Below are positions 1-9,291 of a DNA stretch of 64,000 nt, one piece after another. Origin of the DNA: an uncultured Prevotellaceae bacterium (lineage in GTDB: Bacteria > Bacteroidota > Bacteroidia > Bacteroidales > Bacteroidaceae); assembly GCA_900318555.1 (NCBI GenBank), contig ONKX01000023.1, positions 13,201 to 77,200 on the forward strand, written 5' to 3'. The notes under the pieces are model-generated. The model was not told the origin of the DNA. It did not search any database and saw only the letters and a list, made by a program, of their open reading frames with translations. The translations under genes and the position numbers were made by a program. Positions within the stretch are counted from its first letter, which is position 1. Every line of letters starts with the position of its first letter.

Positions 1-659
1 GCGTGGGAGCCGGCAAGAGCACCCTGCTGAAGACGCTCTATTTTGAGTTGGATGTTGACGAGGCCGAACAAGCCATCGTGCTGAATCACGAACTGACCCA
101 GATGAAGCGTAAGTACATTCCCGCCCTGCGCCGACAGATGGGTATCATCTTCCAGGACTTCCAGTTGCTGGCAGACCGCACGGTTCGCGAGAACCTGCGT
201 TTCGTGCTGAAAGCTACAGGATGGAAGGACAAGGCGGAGATTGACGAACGCATCGACGACGTACTGAAGGATGTAGATATGCTGGATAGTGCCGACCGTT
301 TCCCCCACGAATTATCGGGTGGCGAACAACAGCGTATAGCCATTGCCCGCAGCATACTGAACAATCCGAAAGTGATTATTGCCGATGAGCCGACGGGTAA
401 CCTCGATATCGAGACCGCCCGCCAGATTATCGCCCTGTTGCGCCGTATCACGGAATCGGGGACTGCAGTAGTCATGACGACGCACAACACCTCGTTGCTG
501 CAGGAATATCCTGGCATCGTCTATCGTTGCATCAACCAACGTCTGGAAGATATCACCAACGACTACAACCACATGGCGCTTTACGAAGACGAGGAGTTGA
601 ATGATGCGGAAGAAGAAAAGAAGAGCTACTATTCGGACAAGGAAGACCTGTCGATATAA
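1..659 (+). CDS. ftsE: Cell division ATP-binding protein FtsE (5' end outside window)
   Basis: Walker A remnant GAGKST, IFQDFQLL, LSGGEQQR signature, ADEPTGNLD. Confidence 0.85.
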   Translation, partial: VGAGKSTLLKTLYFELDVDEAEQAIVLNHELTQMKRKYIPALRRQMGIIFQDFQLLADRTVRENLRFVLKATGWKDKAEIDERIDDVLKDVDMLDSADRFPHELSGGEQQRIAIARSILNNPKVIIADEPTGNLDIETARQIIALLRRITESGTAVVMTTHNTSLLQEYPGIVYRCINQRLEDITNDYNHMALYEDEELNDAEEEKKSYYSDKEDLSI

Positions 660-701
660 AAGTAAAAAGGTGAAAAGGTAAAAAATAAAAATATAACGAC
701 A

Positions 702-2018
702 ATGAAAGTAATGAAATTTGGCGGTACATCGGTAGGAACTCCGACCCGCATGAAGGAAGTGACAAAGTTGGTGACGAAGTCGGGCGAGCCCGTATTCGTA
801 GTATTGTCTGCAATGGCAGGAACGACCAATTCGCTGGTCGAAATCTCTGACTACCTGTACAAGAAGAATCCCGACGGTGCCAACGAGATTATCAATCAGT
901 TGGAGCGTAAGTATCTGAAGCACATCGACGAGCTCTATCAAGGCGATGCCGTGAAGGAGCAGACACGCGAATTTCTGACCTCGGAGATGAACTACCTGCG
1001 TTCGTTCACCAAGGAGTTGTTCACTTCGTTCGAAGAGAAGAGCATCGTGGCGCAGGGTGAGCTGTTGTCGACCAATATGGTGGTCAACTACATGAAGGAA
1101 CAGGGTTTCAAGGCCGTACTGCTGAATGCCCTCGACTTTATGCGTACCGATAAGAATTCAGAACCCGACCCTACTTACATCAAAGAGAAGTTGCAGGCAC
1201 TGATGGAAAAGAACGGAGATCAGCAAGTGTATGTCACGCAGGGATTCATCTGCCGCAACGCCTATGGCGAGATTGACAACCTCCAGCGTGGTGGTTCCGA
1301 CTATACCGCATCACTGATTGGTGCAGCCATTGGAGCTGATGAGATTCAGATCTGGACCGACATCGACGGCATGCACAACAACGATCCACGCGTGGTTGAC
1401 AATACCCAGCCCGTTCACCACCTGCATTTCGAGGAGGCTGCCGAGTTGGCTTACTTCGGTGCAAAGATTCTGCACCCGACATGTGTACAACCTGCCAAGT
1501 ATGCCGGCATCCCTGTTCGTCTGCTGAACACGATGGAACCCGAAGCGGAGGGTACCACCATTTCGAATCAGACAGAATATGGCAAGATCAAGGCCGTTGC
1601 TGCCAAGGACAACATCATCGCCATCAAGATCAAGTCGAGCCGCATGTTGCTGGCAACAGGTTTCCTTCGTAAGGTGTTTGAAATCTTCGAATCCTACCAG
1701 ACACCTATCGACATGGTTTGCACGTCGGAGGTTGGTGTTTCGATGTCTATCGACAACTCCGCACATCTTGGCGAAATCGTTGACGAGCTGAAGAAATACG
1801 GAACGGTGACGGTTGACACAGGCATGTGTATCATCTGTGTCGTTGGTGACCTCGACTGGTCGAACATCGGTTTCGAGACGAAGGTACTCGACGCTATGAA
1901 GAATATTCCCGTTCGCATGATTTCGTATGGCGGCTCCAACTACAACATCTCGTTCCTTATCCGTGATGAGGACAAGAAGCGCGCCCTGCAGAGCCTGAGC
2001 GACCAATTGTTTAAATAA
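702..2018 (+). CDS. lysC: Aspartate kinase
   Basis: MKVMKFGGTSVG, RGGSDYTA, C-terminal ACT domains; upstream of lysA. Confidence 0.95.
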   Translation: MKVMKFGGTSVGTPTRMKEVTKLVTKSGEPVFVVLSAMAGTTNSLVEISDYLYKKNPDGANEIINQLERKYLKHIDELYQGDAVKEQTREFLTSEMNYLRSFTKELFTSFEEKSIVAQGELLSTNMVVNYMKEQGFKAVLLNALDFMRTDKNSEPDPTYIKEKLQALMEKNGDQQVYVTQGFICRNAYGEIDNLQRGGSDYTASLIGAAIGADEIQIWTDIDGMHNNDPRVVDNTQPVHHLHFEEAAELAYFGAKILHPTCVQPAKYAGIPVRLLNTMEPEAEGTTISNQTEYGKIKAVAAKDNIIAIKIKSSRMLLATGFLRKVFEIFESYQTPIDMVCTSEVGVSMSIDNSAHLGEIVDELKKYGTVTVDTGMCIICVVGDLDWSNIGFETKVLDAMKNIPVRMISYGGSNYNISFLIRDEDKKRALQSLSDQLFK

Positions 2019-2043
2019 TTGTGATTAATCCTACAACACAAAA

Positions 2044-3204
2044 ATGAGTAAGGGAATATTTCCTATCGATAAACTGGAACGGATTCAGACACCGTTCTAC
2101 TACTACGACACGGAGTTGTTGCGCGAAACGCTCCGTGCCATCAACAACGAGGCTCAGAAGCACGAGGGTTTCTGCGTCCATTATGCTGTGAAGGCCAATG
2201 CCAATCCCCGCATCCTGCGTATCATCCGCGAAGCAGGACTGGGTGCCGACTGCGTCAGTGGTGGTGAGATAGAGGCCAGTGTGCGAGCTGGTTTCCCCAG
2301 TTCGAAGATTGTTTATGCCGGCGTTGGCAAGAGCGACTGGGAAATCAACCTCGGACTGGAGAATGACATCTTCTGTTTCAACGTCGAGAGCATTCCCGAG
2401 TTGGAAGTCATCAACGAACTGGCAGCCCAGAAAGGCAAGGTGGCTCGTGTGGCCTTCCGTCTGAATCCGAACGTCGGTGCACATACCCATGCCAATATCA
2501 CTACGGGACTGGCTGAAAACAAATTCGGCATCGACATGCGAGACATGCTCAAAGTCATCGAAGAGGCCTCACAGTTGCAGAATGTCAAATGTGTGGGTCT
2601 GCACTTCCACATCGGCAGTCAGATTCTCGACATGGGCGACTTCGAAGCCCTCTGCAATCGCGTCAACGAACTGCAACTGGAACTGGAACGCCATCGCATC
2701 ACCGTCGAGCATATCAATGTTGGTGGCGGACTGGGCGTCGACTATCAGCATCCCAACCGCCTGAGCATTCCTGATTTCAAGGACTATTTCGACACCTATG
2801 CCAAGAAGTTGAAGTTGCGTCCTGGACAGACGCTGCACTTCGAACTCGGTCGTGCCGTTGTAGCTCAGTGTGGCAGTCTGATTACGCGTACATTATATAT
2901 AAAGAAAGGCAGTGTAAAGCAGTTCTGCATTGTCGACGCAGGATTCACCGACCTCATCCGTCCTGCACTCTATCAGGCTTACCACAAGATTGAGAACATC
3001 TCGAGCGAAGAGCCCAAGGAAGCATACGACGTGGTTGGACCCATTTGTGAATCGACGGATGTCTTTGCCAAGCAGATTGATCTGAACTGTTGTCATCGTG
3101 GCGACCTCCTGGCTATCCGCTCGGCTGGTGCCTATGGTGAAATCATGGCCTCTCAGTATAACTGTCGCCCATTGCCAAAAGGCTATATGAGCGACGAAAT
3201 ATAA
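2044..3204 (+). CDS. lysA: Diaminopimelate decarboxylase
   Basis: YAVKAN PLP lysine, HIGSQ, GPICESTD, GAYG motifs. Confidence 0.95.
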   Translation: MSKGIFPIDKLERIQTPFYYYDTELLRETLRAINNEAQKHEGFCVHYAVKANANPRILRIIREAGLGADCVSGGEIEASVRAGFPSSKIVYAGVGKSDWEINLGLENDIFCFNVESIPELEVINELAAQKGKVARVAFRLNPNVGAHTHANITTGLAENKFGIDMRDMLKVIEEASQLQNVKCVGLHFHIGSQILDMGDFEALCNRVNELQLELERHRITVEHINVGGGLGVDYQHPNRLSIPDFKDYFDTYAKKLKLRPGQTLHFELGRAVVAQCGSLITRTLYIKKGSVKQFCIVDAGFTDLIRPALYQAYHKIENISSEEPKEAYDVVGPICESTDVFAKQIDLNCCHRGDLLAIRSAGAYGEIMASQYNCRPLPKGYMSDEI

Positions 3205-3222
3205 ATTACGTAATACGAAAGA

Positions 3223-3852
3223 ATGAACATGGATAATCAGAAGCAGCCATCCATTTCTATCGTGATGACCGTTCACGACCAGGCAGAAGCGCTGGAGCAG
3301 AATCTCCCCGCGTTTCTGACCGTGCCCTACGAGGGAACGTACGAAGTCATCGTGGTGGATAACATGTCTGCCGACGAAACCCCAGACGTACTGAAACGCA
3401 TGAAGGCAGAATACCCGAATCTGTATTCTACCTTCCTGCCAGAGTCCGTCATCGTCAATCCCAGCCGCAAACGTTTGGCACTGAGTATCGGAGCGAAAGC
3501 AGCCCATTACGACTATATCGTACTTGCTGACATCCGCCGTGTGCCTGTCAATACCGAATGGTTGGCAGGGCTGGCAGATGGTGATGTTTCACTGGTGTAC
3601 ACAAATAGAAAGAAAGACCGTGTGACACATGTCGTTGCCACCGATTTGAACGACCTGCGACCTACGATACTGAAGGCCGAACGCCATAGCTTCAGGGACT
3701 ATTACGGCACGTGGTTCCGCAAACAGCGCGGCTTATACGATGCAGCCTGTGTCAGGCGGGAACATGTTTTCGACGCTATCCGGCTCTACGACCAGAAGAT
3801 TCGCGGTTTGCGCCTTTTGGGCTTACGTCTGCGTGTGTGGTTGGGCTTATAA
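3223..3852 (+). CDS. Glycosyltransferase family 2-like protein
   Basis: ISIVMTVHD...EVIVVDNMSADET GT-A N-terminus. Confidence 0.75.
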   Translation: MNMDNQKQPSISIVMTVHDQAEALEQNLPAFLTVPYEGTYEVIVVDNMSADETPDVLKRMKAEYPNLYSTFLPESVIVNPSRKRLALSIGAKAAHYDYIVLADIRRVPVNTEWLAGLADGDVSLVYTNRKKDRVTHVVATDLNDLRPTILKAERHSFRDYYGTWFRKQRGLYDAACVRREHVFDAIRLYDQKIRGLRLLGLRLRVWLGL

Positions 3853-3864
3853 TACTGTTACGCT

Positions 3865-4968
3865 ATGAGAATCCTGCATTACTATAACGCTGAGGAAAAG
3901 ATGGTCACACAACATGTTACCATGCTACAGGAAGGCATGGGACGAGATGCCGAAAACCATCTGGCATCGAATGCTGACGATGCACGGACACTCCTTCAGG
4001 GCAGCCATTACGACATTCTCCACCTACACGGCTGTTGGCGCAATTCTTCACGAGCCATCGTCAATATAGCCTTACGTAAAGGGTGCCGACTGGTGGTTAC
4101 GCCCCACGGACAATTGGAGCCCTGGGTACAGGAGCAGGATTACTGGAAGGATAAACTCCCCAAGCGCGTGCTCTATCAGCAACGCATCATTCAGCAGGCC
4201 TACGCCATCATTATCCAAGGTCGCATGGAGCAGGAATGCATGGAGCGTCTGGCATGGAATAAACGTTTAGTGACCATTCGCAACTGTGTGATAACCAGCT
4301 GTATATCCAAGGAAGAAATGTCAAAACAGACATTCACGCTCTATCGGAAAATCATGGATACCAATACGCTGGAACTCTTCTCACCCGACATGCGCCAACA
4401 CCTGAAGACTATCATCATGGCAGGCATTACGGGTGACAAGCGCTGGTTGCCCAATGAGGCCGTCACTGCCCTACCCGCTGCGGTTTCAATCCCCTGGCGT
4501 GAACTGTTGCTCTATGCCCATCACGAACAGATTACCGAAACCATCCATCGCGGACTGCGCATACTCGGTCTCGAAGCACAGGATGTCGATGTGGAACATA
4601 TCGACCACTTCTGGCCTGACAGCTATCAAGAAGCGCCACTTGTCGGTACCACTATCGGCTATCAATTCGCTTCCGAAAACGAACGGCTCATAGCCTCATT
4701 CAAGACCATCCGCAAACTCATCAGCAACGGACAGTTCAGCATCAAGCATCTGATAGAACTCGACCGCGAACTCCGTCAACACGGCTGTAACGAGGAAGAA
4801 CTTGCCGAATCGCTCAAGGAGCGCCATCTCCTGAAGATGGTTCGTCACGTCATGCAACTGATGAGCGACCTGACAGGTCTCACCGAAGGTTTTATGCCAG
4901 TGCCTCCGCTCAATAACCGCAAGACGCGACAATTACGAACTACAATAGATAAACACCTAAAGATATAA
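3865..4968 (+). CDS. Glycosyltransferase family 4-like N-terminal domain protein
   Basis: DILHLHGCW, LVVTPHGQLEPW. Confidence 0.65.
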   Translation: MRILHYYNAEEKMVTQHVTMLQEGMGRDAENHLASNADDARTLLQGSHYDILHLHGCWRNSSRAIVNIALRKGCRLVVTPHGQLEPWVQEQDYWKDKLPKRVLYQQRIIQQAYAIIIQGRMEQECMERLAWNKRLVTIRNCVITSCISKEEMSKQTFTLYRKIMDTNTLELFSPDMRQHLKTIIMAGITGDKRWLPNEAVTALPAAVSIPWRELLLYAHHEQITETIHRGLRILGLEAQDVDVEHIDHFWPDSYQEAPLVGTTIGYQFASENERLIASFKTIRKLISNGQFSIKHLIELDRELRQHGCNEEELAESLKERHLLKMVRHVMQLMSDLTGLTEGFMPVPPLNNRKTRQLRTTIDKHLKI

Positions 4969-6950
4969 TGACTATGAATACGACTACTGCTAATCGCGAC
5001 ATGCACTACTTGCAACTGCTCTCCAATTCGTTTCCGACTATTGCGGCAGCAGCGACGGAGATTATCAATCTCGAGGCCATTATGAACCTGCCAAAAGGCA
5101 CGGAACACTTCTTGGCCGATCTGCATGGAGAGAGTGCAGCCTTTCAACACGTACTGAAAAATGCCTCCGGAAACATCCGCCGCAAGGTCAGCGAGCTCTT
5201 CAAAGGCGATATCCGCGAAGCCGAGCGTCGCGAACTGTGTACGCTCATATACTATCCCGAACAGAAACTCGAACTCATCAAAGCCAACGAGGAAGATCTC
5301 GACGACTGGTATCACATCACCATCCATCGTCTTGTAGCCGTCTGCCGTGATGTGTCGTCGAAATATACGCGTTCCAAGGTGCGCAAATCGTTGCCCAAGG
5401 ATTTCGGCTATATCATTGAGGAACTGCTCCACGAACGTACTGACGACGTCGATAAGGCCGCTTACGTCAATGTCATCGTCGATACCATCATCTCTACAGG
5501 TCGTGCCGACGACTTCATTGTCGCCATTTGCAACGTCATCCAGCGACTGGCTATCGACCAATTGCACATCCTTGGCGATATCTACGACCGTGGAGCTGGC
5601 GCACATATCATTCTCGACACCCTGCGCCAATACCATTCATGGGATATCCAATGGGGTAATCATGATGTATTGTGGATGGGTGCCTGTGCAGGTAACAATG
5701 CCTGCATCTGCAACGTGCTGCGCCTGTGTCTGCGTTATGCCAACCTCACCACCATCGAGGAAGCATATGGCATCAACCTTGTACCGCTGGCTACCTTCGC
5801 TATGGAGGTCTATGGTGACGACCCCTGCGAGGAGTTCCAGCCTAAGTTCCTGAAAGACAACACGATGGAGGATAAGTACCAGCGCTTGACGGCTCAGATG
5901 CATAAGGCCATCAGCGTCATCCAGTTCAAGAAGGAGGCACTCATCTTCCACCGCCGTCCTGAATGGCAGATGGAAGACCGCTGCGTACTCGAACATATCG
6001 ACTACCAGCGTGGTGTCTATGTCGTCGATGGTCAGGAGTACGAGATGAAGTCGTGCCATTTCCCCACCGTTGACCCTGCCAATCCCAACGAGCTCACCCC
6101 CGAGGAGCATCAACTCATGGAGCGTCTCCACCATTCGTTCCGCGTCAGCGAGAAACTCCAGAAACACATCAAGATGTTGCTTTCTCACGGTTGCATGTAC
6201 AGCATCTGTAATCAGAACCTGCTGTTCCATGCCGCCATACCACTCAACGACGACGGTTCCCTGAAGGAAGTGGAACTCTACAAAGGTGAGCGTTTCAGTG
6301 GCAAGGACCTCATGCACAACATCGGTATGATGGTGCGTGCGGCTTTCGAGAACGATACCGAAAAGGAACAGCGTCTCTACGCTCGCGACTATTTCCTCTA
6401 CCTTTGGTGCGGCAAGGATTCTCCCCTCTTCGACAAGTCGAAGATGGCCACCTTCGAGCGCTACTTCCTAACGGACAAGACCACCTATAAGGAAGAGAAA
6501 GGCAACTACTTCCGCCTGCGCGACAACGAAGAGGTTTGCGACCGCATCCTCGACGCCTTCGGTGTCAAAGGACCGAATCGCCATATCATCAATGGTCACG
6601 TACCCGTCCATGTTGCCAAAGGTGAGAACCCCATCAAAGCTAATGGCAAACTGATGGTTATCGATGGTGGCTTCTCAGAGGCTTATCACAATGAGACGGG
6701 CATTGCAGGCTATACGCTCGTTTACCACAGCCGCGGCTTCCAGCTCGTCCAACACGAACCGTTTACCAATGCACAGGACGCCATCCAACGTGGTCTCGAC
6801 ATCAAGTCCACCACGCAGTTGGTTGAACTCTCTGCCCATCGCATGCGGGTGGCTGATACCGACAAAGGCGAGGAACTCCGCGCTCAAGTCGAAGACCTCC
6901 GCCAGCTTCTCTACGCCTACCGTCACGGCATCCTCAAAGAACGAAAATAA
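4968..6950 (+). CDS. fbp: Fructose-1,6-bisphosphatase class III
   Basis: LPKGTEHFLADLHGE, GDIYDRG, WGNHD, NGHVPV metallophosphoesterase motifs; 660 aa. Confidence 0.93.
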   Translation: MTMNTTTANRDMHYLQLLSNSFPTIAAAATEIINLEAIMNLPKGTEHFLADLHGESAAFQHVLKNASGNIRRKVSELFKGDIREAERRELCTLIYYPEQKLELIKANEEDLDDWYHITIHRLVAVCRDVSSKYTRSKVRKSLPKDFGYIIEELLHERTDDVDKAAYVNVIVDTIISTGRADDFIVAICNVIQRLAIDQLHILGDIYDRGAGAHIILDTLRQYHSWDIQWGNHDVLWMGACAGNNACICNVLRLCLRYANLTTIEEAYGINLVPLATFAMEVYGDDPCEEFQPKFLKDNTMEDKYQRLTAQMHKAISVIQFKKEALIFHRRPEWQMEDRCVLEHIDYQRGVYVVDGQEYEMKSCHFPTVDPANPNELTPEEHQLMERLHHSFRVSEKLQKHIKMLLSHGCMYSICNQNLLFHAAIPLNDDGSLKEVELYKGERFSGKDLMHNIGMMVRAAFENDTEKEQRLYARDYFLYLWCGKDSPLFDKSKMATFERYFLTDKTTYKEEKGNYFRLRDNEEVCDRILDAFGVKGPNRHIINGHVPVHVAKGENPIKANGKLMVIDGGFSEAYHNETGIAGYTLVYHSRGFQLVQHEPFTNAQDAIQRGLDIKSTTQLVELSAHRMRVADTDKGEELRAQVEDLRQLLYAYRHGILKERK

Positions 6951-6951
6951 T

Positions 6952-7005
6952 AATGTTCAATGTTCAACGTTCAATGTTCAATGTTCAACGTTCAATGTTC
7001 AATGT
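6952..7005 (+). repeat. Heptamer tandem repeat (AAYGTTC)x7 with 21-bp super-period
   Basis: Read directly from the sequence. Confidence 0.95.
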
Positions 7006-7342
7006 CTTAATCGCGCTTGGCTCTAACTACCATCCCTGTGCCCACATCCGCTGGGCCTCCCAGCGCCTGTCGTGTCTGCTCTCCGACGTACGGCTCTCTC
7101 GTATCATCTGGACACAGGACATTCACGGCACTGGCATCCGTTATGCCAACCGTCTGATGGCTGGTTATACGTCCCTGACTGCCGATGAATTGCAACAGCA
7201 ACTCAAGGCCATTGAAGCCGAGACGCGTCGTACGAAGGAGTGCGTTACCATCGATCTCGACCTCATGCAATATGGTGACCAGCGCTATCATCTCAACGAC
7301 TGGCCCCGACCCTATATCAAAAATTTATTGCCCGACATATGA
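6995..7342 (+). CDS. folK: HPPK (FolK)-family pyrophosphokinase; in-frame ATGs at 6953, 6974 and 6995 all lie in the repeat
   Basis: IALGSN, YANR, LKAIE..TRR, TIDLDL motifs. Confidence 0.75.
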   Translation: MFNVLIALGSNYHPCAHIRWASQRLSCLLSDVRLSRIIWTQDIHGTGIRYANRLMAGYTSLTADELQQQLKAIEAETRRTKECVTIDLDLMQYGDQRYHLNDWPRPYIKNLLPDI

Positions 7343-7725
7343 AAAAGATTCTTTTATTTGCAACCCTGTTGTTGCTTACCGCTTGTCAAGAATCGCTCGA
7401 GGACCGCTGTGCCCGCGAGTGCAAGGAATATACTCAGAAGAAGTGTCCCGTACTCGTTACCAACGGTGTCACCCTTGACAGCATGACCTTCGACAAGTCT
7501 CGACTCGTCATGACCTATTATTACACCGTCTCAGGTATTCTCGACGACGCCGAGGCTCTTCGCGAGCACGACGCACGCGGCCTGTTGCTCAAGGAGCTCA
7601 AGAACACCGCCTCCCTCAAACTCTACAAGGATGCCGGTTATAGTTTCCGCTACGTCTACCATTCCTCCAAAGAGAAAGGGACGCGCGTCCTCGACACCAC
7701 CTTCCGCAAAAAGGATTATCAGTAA
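7339..7725 (+). CDS. Hypothetical lipoprotein
   Basis: Signal peptide with LTAC lipobox; ATGA overlap with folK. Confidence 0.8.
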   Translation: MKKILLFATLLLLTACQESLEDRCARECKEYTQKKCPVLVTNGVTLDSMTFDKSRLVMTYYYTVSGILDDAEALREHDARGLLLKELKNTASLKLYKDAGYSFRYVYHSSKEKGTRVLDTTFRKKDYQ

Positions 7726-7762
7726 ACAATAAAAAAGAATCATAACTAAACTAATTATCAAG

Positions 7763-9274
7763 ATGAAACTAAACTTACTCTATCTGTTTGCGCTGCTGGC
7801 GTTCCCGTTTGCAACAGCCAGTGCAGCCGACGTGAACATGAAATGGGGCAAACCAACCCAGGAAGAAATGCAGATGACCGTGTACGACGCCGAACCGAAT
7901 GCCGAAGCCGTAGTGCTCTGCCGACTGACCGAAGTGGAATATACGGTGCAGACCAACAGTTATCTGGTTGACTATCACGAAAAGATGCGCATCAAGGTGC
8001 TGAAACCCAGCGGAACACGCTTTGCAAAGGTCGTCGTGCCCTACAAGAAATTCATGTCCGTGGGCAACAACATCGGTGGACTGCGCGCGTCGTTTGCCAC
8101 TATCCCGATGAACCGTATAAGCGGAGATTCTTACTTCGGCGAAGAGTCCGGTTCGATGTCGGAAAGCGTCTTCGGTACCGATGCCGACGAAAATGTGGAG
8201 AATGTCAAGGCTACGGCTTTCAATCTGGAAGGCAGCAAAGTTGCGAAGACAAGCATGAAGAAGAGCAGCATCGCAACGAAGCAGATTGACGAACATAACT
8301 ATCAGTTGGAGTTTACCGTGCCGAACGTGAAAGAAGGTACGGTGATTGAATACGAATACACCATCCACAGCCAGATATTCTGGGAACTGCACGACTGGTA
8401 TGCACAGTGGGAAATCCCCGTGGTTTTTGCCAAGCTGGACATGAACATTCCAAACTACCTGATATTCAATATCGAAGACCACGGCATCCAGCGACTGACC
8501 TACACCTGTACGCAGGGAAGCATGACATACAAGGTGGAGAGCGACCCGCTGGCAAAGCCCATGACGGTAAACACCAACCACTACATCTACATTGGCCGCA
8601 ATCTGATGGGCATGCCGAAGGACGATTCTACATGGAACGTTCAAGACAGCTGGGCAGGCATCACCGCCGAACTGAAAACCTACCGCCTGCGCGGCATGAG
8701 CCAGATGGATTTTGCCAAGACGTGGGACCAGATAGACGAAATGATACTGACGTCGGACGATCTGGGCATTCACCTAAATGACCATAGTCCGCTGACCGAC
8801 GAGCTGAAGGCAGCAAAGATTGACGAGATCACCGACCTGCGCGAGCGTGCGGCAGCAGTGTATAAGCTGGTCATGAGCAAGGTGAAGTGGAATGGCAAAT
8901 ACACACTGAGCCCTGCGGAAACCTCAGAGACGCTAAAGAAATGCGAGGGTTCGAATGCCGACATCAACCTGCTACTCATCCAGTCGATGAATACCGTAGG
9001 ACTGACTACTGCACCCGTTGTACTCAGAACGCGCGACCTGGGAATGCTGCCCTATAATTTCCCGTCGTTTACCAAACTCTCAACGTTCATCGTGGCTGTC
9101 ATCATGCCGTCGGGCGGCAACCTCTACCTCGACGCATCAAACAAAAACGGCAGGATCAATAAGCTGCCTGAGGTGATGCTGGTGGAAAGGGCACGACTCG
9201 TGAGAAAGGACAAGAAGAGTTCGTGGGTAAACCTGCAGAAAATATTCTCAAAGAATCAGGGGGCTTCAAATTGA
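7763..9274 (+). CDS. DUF3857/transglutaminase-like secreted protein
   Basis: Signal peptide, RIKVL, PNVKEGTVIEYEY, GSNADINLLL, YLDAS. Confidence 0.75.
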   Translation: MKLNLLYLFALLAFPFATASAADVNMKWGKPTQEEMQMTVYDAEPNAEAVVLCRLTEVEYTVQTNSYLVDYHEKMRIKVLKPSGTRFAKVVVPYKKFMSVGNNIGGLRASFATIPMNRISGDSYFGEESGSMSESVFGTDADENVENVKATAFNLEGSKVAKTSMKKSSIATKQIDEHNYQLEFTVPNVKEGTVIEYEYTIHSQIFWELHDWYAQWEIPVVFAKLDMNIPNYLIFNIEDHGIQRLTYTCTQGSMTYKVESDPLAKPMTVNTNHYIYIGRNLMGMPKDDSTWNVQDSWAGITAELKTYRLRGMSQMDFAKTWDQIDEMILTSDDLGIHLNDHSPLTDELKAAKIDEITDLRERAAAVYKLVMSKVKWNGKYTLSPAETSETLKKCEGSNADINLLLIQSMNTVGLTTAPVVLRTRDLGMLPYNFPSFTKLSTFIVAVIMPSGGNLYLDASNKNGRINKLPEVMLVERARLVRKDKKSSWVNLQKIFSKNQGASN

Positions 9275-9291
9275 GCCCCCTGAATTTTTAT
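9256..9291. terminator. Bidirectional hairpin between convergent genes
   Basis: TCAGGGGGCT-N8-AGCCCCCTGA followed by a T tract. Confidence 0.7.
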
